Under the pieces are notes generated by a model. That model saw only the letters and a list, made by a program, of their open reading frames with translations, was not told the DNA's origin and did no database searches. The position numbers and the translations under genes were made by a program. A DNA stretch of 64,000 nucleotides from Thalia democratica (Eukaryota). The DNA lies in the NCBI GenBank assembly GCA_965202585.1, contig OZ241830.1, positions 43,152,001 through 43,216,000 of the forward strand, read 5' to 3'. Position 1 is the first letter of the stretch. Every line of letters starts with the position of its first letter. This document shows positions 59,162-64,000 of the stretch, piece after piece.

Positions 59162-62100
59162 CTGAAATTTTTCATTTCAAGAATATTTAAACGAATGAAA
59201 ATTTATAGTTGTGTTTTTACACTTACTAAATCTTAATATTAGCTTACTAGTCGTTACAAATAAACTCATTATCATATATCATTATAAACTAAGGTTGAAT
59301 TGAAAAACTTAACAAAATATTACCAGAAAAATTATAATAGCTACAAATATAATACGTTAAAGTAACTAAGGGTATGTTTAAAAAATAAAAATTATAACTT
59401 TTTGATTTAATTTTTTTAATAATTTTATGTCTATCACATATTGTAATTTTGTATTATGAAGATAAATAAAAACCTTGTGTATCAAACTCAGTAACAACAG
59501 AGGTATTATCGTATGATGCAGACAACAGAATATTTTTAAATGGATGAAATCTCACGCTTCTCACTTCGCTTTCATGTTGTTTAAACGTCTGTTAGAAACA
59601 GTTAGCCGTTATTTTTGATAAAATAGCTGGTAACTACTTATTGTTAAAGTAGATAGTTGTATTTTTAAATTATAAAATTTAATAATAAACAGTGCATTAC
59701 ACAGATGTTAACAAACGTGCAGAGGTATATTGTAGTTGCTGATATCGTACACTTGAGTGATGGAGTCGGTTCTCCCCACTGCTAACAACCCGCCTGTTGA
59801 ATCCACACATACGCTAGTGGGCGCTTTAACCGGTAAATTTATTTCGTGCACGCACCTGGAATTACAAATTTCAAGAATATCAAACTCTTATATACCATTA
59901 AAAATTCAATTCAATAAAAAAAACTTGTTATTCTAACCATTATGATCTTTAGCTATAGGTGTTACGATTTTTTTTTAACAAATCGACTACTTTTAAGTTA
60001 TAAGATAGTTTATCTAAAATCAACATAACCATTGAAAATAAAGTTCTATCTTTATTATGAAACATACATATTTCAAAATTTTTAGAGTTAAACTAACTTT
60101 GTAGTTCTGAGATCCCACATTTTAACAGAACCATCTTGGCTGGCAGAAGCTAGCATTTGAGGTTGCCACGAAAATAACGATAATATTTGATCTAAATATT
60201 TATTTTTATTCAAAGTTGATGTTTATTATCTGTTTTATTCTTGTAAATAAACGGTGTAACTTTTACATTTAATTTTGCAGAATATAAATAAAAAAACAAT
60301 ATAACTTTTATTATTTAAATAGTTTAAGTAGAAATGTATCATTCTTTTAAAAACTTTTTTTTAGATAAACTTTCTATTGCTTGTATTAAATTTAAAAATG
60401 TTAGCTATTTAGCAGGTACAAACCTTTATGAGCAGATATTTTGTGCACAGGAGCGTATGTTTCACAATTGGTGACGAATATGTTTCCATCAGATGGTCCC
60501 GCACTGCACAAGTACAGTGGGGATGACTGGGTGGGCATGAATGCCACGTCCCTGACTATACCCTTGTGGTGTGTCAAGTCACCTGGTGGCGCTGTTTTGT
60601 TGTTGGTATATTATGTTTTGCTATAGTTACTATTGAGAAATATATAAACTTGATAAAAGCTTTATAATGCTTTTTAGATATAAATTTTTATTAAGTTTAT
60701 CAAACTTTTGTAAATCTAAAATATATTTTCAATTTTAACTTTATAAATACTTTAATAAATCAAACAAAAGGACATACAGAACTAAATATAAAATCTAACT
60801 TTCCATACAGATGAATAATTATTTTAAAAGGATATAAATGATTATTTTTTTTTTCAACCAACCTGTTAATTTTTCGTTCTCTTCGTCAAACAAGAAAAGT
60901 TTGACGGATTTATCGTTGGAACAAGTAGCAATGACATCACCACTATCAGACCAGGTGCAGGCATATATGCTGCCTTTGTGAACCTTGGGTATGTTTATAA
61001 AGGGTTGAGACCACTTCAACCCCATCTTCGCGTTGTAATCTAGCCTATGGCTGTAATTTAAGCAAATACTTTAAACTCTACAAATAAACAATTATATTTT
61101 TGAGTTAAGAAGCTGTTAAAAGTCAATTAACTTTAAGCCAAGAAACTGATATATATGCTATAATTTTATGAGAAAAAGATGACTAAATAATAAAATATAA
61201 CCTACTTATTTGTTTTTTACATGTATTAAATTTACTTTTTTAAGTTTTATAAAAAATAATTGAACTTTACATTTAAGTTTTATAACAAATAAAAATAGCA
61301 ATATTTATTTTGTATGAAAATTTAAAATTTAAACATGTAAGGCAGTATGTTTGTTAAACTTATAAAACTTACGCAGATGCAAGCAGGTTGGCGGGAACTT
61401 TGCACATTTTAAGCGCTTGTGAGTTGGTACCGACAGCATATATATTTCCACCTGGATGAAACGAAACAGACCTGATAGCTGCGGTGTCTCCTGTTTTCTC
61501 CACTGGTATGTAGTTGTACGGGTGCGTCTGCAAAATTTAATTTTTCTATAGTTCTTAACATAAAAAATTCAAAGTTCATTTTAATTCAAGTATCACTGAT
61601 TTTTGTGTAGATAAAAATGTGAACAGAATATAAACTGAAGTTTTTTATTAAAAACAAATTTTTAGTTCTATCATTTCTTTTTTAATTGTTATGTTTAAAA
61701 ATCTGGTTAAGGATTAATTGATTTAATAACACTAAATAATTCGTGTTAACTTAAAAATAATACTTTTATTGTTTTCAAGAACTTAGTATGGTTACTTATA
61801 TTTAAAAAAAGCTTGTTTTTTAAATTTATACGTTTTTTTTTGGTAACTTTTATATATTTTTTAAATATCAGTTGTGATCAGTTTGGAAAAAATCTTGACA
61901 ATAATTATTAAAAATAATGTACTATATAATTTACTTCTAAGACAAAGATGATATACAGTTGGCTAAAACAGATATCAATTCCAGTAAAAACTAAAGTATT
62001 AAAATGATTTATAACTTAAATTAACATATGCAATTACCAAAAAATAGGAATACCTTTTTAGGTGACTTCATTTTATGTAGTTTGTTATCGCTTCTAGGTG

Positions 62101-62640
62101 TTGTTAACTTACTTTCTGAATTTTTTTCAATACTTTTGTTAATAATTTGTGAAGATTTTAATGAATTCGTTGATCTATTACTTGTTACTTCTAATTCTGT
62201 TAAACACCAATTTGACTTTTAAAATAATATTGTTTAAAACATGAATTGAAACCTATGATTAAAATGATTATTTACTTCTTTGAATAAAATTCATCATCAT
62301 AAATACCTAACTTTTGATATACAATTTAGTATTCAAAATAATTAACCAAGTACTTTACAGTTTGTATATTCTAAACATAACTCGCGAATATTTTAAATAC
62401 ATAATAAATAGAACACTATTTTACTTTTGGTTTTTATAATTTTCTATTATGTATTACCTAAAACTAAACTTAAATTGAGTTAAAATTAAAAATAAATAAA
62501 AAACAGTTAAAAAACAAACTGTGTTCGAGAATTTTTCGCAACTTTTCTGTTTCGTTTTCTTTTTGTTGGAGTATTTGTAAAACTTGATCTCGATTTTGTT
62601 GAGCTATATTCTTTTGTGCTAAAAAGTCTGCATAAGAGTC
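59031..62640 (-). CDS. WDR47: WD40-repeat protein 47 (nemitin), 3' nine exons; 5' part beyond the right edge
   Basis: AIRSVSFHPGGNIYAVGTNS, HKGSIYACTWS..G..IATCSNDK, HKGIVRDVAFM, ASASQDGSVKMWDLR, EVRSVRFHP and DKLIQGRWH...TSADQT match recalled WDR47 blades in order. Confidence 0.93.
59474..59588 (-). CDS. WDR47: WDR47 exon (HESEVRSVRFHP...LLSASYD)
   Basis: taacAG / GTTTTT. Confidence 0.92.
59717..59855 (-). CDS. WDR47: WDR47 exon (CVHEI...SVCVDSTGGLLAVG...YDI)
   Basis: tccAG / GTTTGT. Confidence 0.92.
60098..60191 (-). CDS. WDR47: WDR47 exon (QILSLFSW...ASQDGSVKMWDLR)
   Basis: tttAG / GTTAGT. Confidence 0.93.
60424..60591 (-). CDS. WDR47: WDR47 exon (APPGDLTHHKGIVRDVAFM...ISAHK)
   Basis: aacAG / GTTTGT; phase 1 to 1. 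Confidence 0.92.
60863..61050 (-). CDS. WDR47: WDR47 exon, WD blade 2
   Basis: ttacAG / GTTGGT. Confidence 0.94.
61373..61527 (-). CDS. WDR47: WDR47 exon, WD blade 1
   Basis: ttgcAG / GTAAGT. Confidence 0.93.
62054..62196 (-). CDS. WDR47: WDR47 exon, S/K-rich linker
   Basis: taacAG / GTATTC; phase 1 to 0 bridges the neighbouring exons. Confidence 0.65.
62520..62640 (-). CDS. WDR47: WDR47 exon, Q/E-rich coiled linker (DSYADFLAQK...LRKILEH)
   Basis: ttacAG / GTTTGT; phase 0 to 1. Confidence 0.7.
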
Positions 62641-64000
62641 CTGTAAATGTTAAACAATAGTAAACAAGCATCGCTAATTATAAATTATTTATTAACTTTT
62701 TTAATTAAACGTCAACGAAAAAACAAAAGACTAAAAGCTTTTAAAAGAATAAATGTTTATTACAGTAACCTTGATTATTTTAAGTTTAAGGTACAAAATT
62801 AATGGTTAATCATTTTAAATTTGGTAGCTAAAAATCATTGTTAAAATGCTTTACTTAGTTCAGCAGTAAAACAGACAGCTGGTTGGGTAATTAACTGCTG
62901 TGTTGCATTTAATCTAATAACAAAGCTAGTGTTGTACAAGTATCTTATATAGGTGAAGTTAAATCATAAACTATTTTGTAATAATCACACATTAAAGTTA
63001 TTGAAAAATAAAAGAAGTGAAAGTAATCTATGAATTATTATTTTTTAAGTTACAAATAAATAAAAACTTGAAGAAGAGATTTTCTTAATTTTTATGAAAG
63101 AATTTTCGTCGATTTTATTTTGATTTAGTTTTTTTTGACTTAAAAACTATTTAGTTACTAACTCCAATACATAGTAATATTCATAATAAGGGTGTTGGGT
63201 ACAAAAAACAAACGTATTATATAATTATATATTATCTTAAAGTGTATCTACTTAATACAGCTTTATGTCTAACAATTTTCAATACGTGTAAAACTTAAAA
63301 TAAGATTTTATTTTATGCTTTAAAATTTTGTAATTTTTAAAAGCAGTTTTAAATGGAATTATCAATTTCAAAAATTTTACATTTATCTGATATAATTACA
63401 ATAAACTTTTTGATTATAGCTACTTTTTATACTAATAATGAACACAATCTTACAAAGAGAAATGTCAGTTATACTTGTCAACAGTTGTTTTTGCTAAAAA
63501 AAAATAAAGATCTGTTGAATCTTAAAAGTTTATATTTTTCAGAAATAGATAGCGTTTTTAAAAATTCTATTCTGAAAATAAAATTTAGATTTAAAATGAG
63601 ATTAACAAAAGATCTTTATAACTAAATTAAACTATTTTTTCTAAAAAAGTAAAAAATTCAATTGAGAAAAAAAACATTAATAAAATTTTTCTTTTAATGT
63701 AAGCAATTAACTTTTCATTTGTAAAACAAAGCAAAACAAATTAAAATAAAAAACAGTCGTAAAATAGCAAAGTAGTATATTTTTAAATAGATTTTTTTTT
63801 TCATATTTTGTGTATTACTACAATATTTACATAACTATTTCAAACATAAGCACATAACTAGTTATAAAAGACCTTAATTTAATTTTTAATAATTTTGATA
63901 TGCTTTTGTTAGACAGATAGAATTTACTTGCTCTGAAACTTAGTTATTCAGTTTTATGTAAATAAAGAATTATGTTTATAAATGATTTTTTATACTTTAG

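Noticed and set aside
968-62640. Non-canonical or U12-type introns
   Set aside because: Every junction reconstructed in the three genes is GT-AG; nothing unusual was found.
1-64000. CRISPR arrays, rRNA, tRNA and prokaryotic operon features
   Set aside because: The DNA is intron-containing eukaryotic sequence, and no such patterns were seen.

Overview
Very AT-rich, intron-dense animal nuclear DNA. A chordate, probably a tunicate, is inferred from integrin motifs but not proven. Three protein genes were rebuilt by hand, exon by exon; all junctions used are GT-AG and phase-consistent. (1) A teneurin on the minus strand: 29 exons from 26105 to 968 (6359 nt, about 2120 codons) covering the intracellular domain, TM helix, 8 EGF repeats, Cys-rich/TTR/FN-plug region, NHL propeller and the start of the YD shell; it runs off the left edge. 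(2) The first five exons of an integrin alpha chain on the plus strand (44857-48943), head-to-head with the teneurin. It resembles the I-domain clade but has no I-domain, and no further exons are recognisable. (3) The 3' part of WDR47 on the minus strand (62640-59031). Non-genic elements include a 1358-bp Buster-type hAT deletion derivative with perfect TIRs and an 8-bp TSD, a 122-nt near-perfect fold-back with a second degenerate copy, and several dispersed duplications. The most striking non-coding signal is a set of minimal type I hammerhead-ribozyme motifs of the Penelope/retrozyme kind: an apparently intact head-to-head inverted pair at 52356-52634, a decayed pair of the same family at about 56985-57190, and a solo motif of a different family at 34188-34242. 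All homology calls rest on motif recall; no database searches were run.
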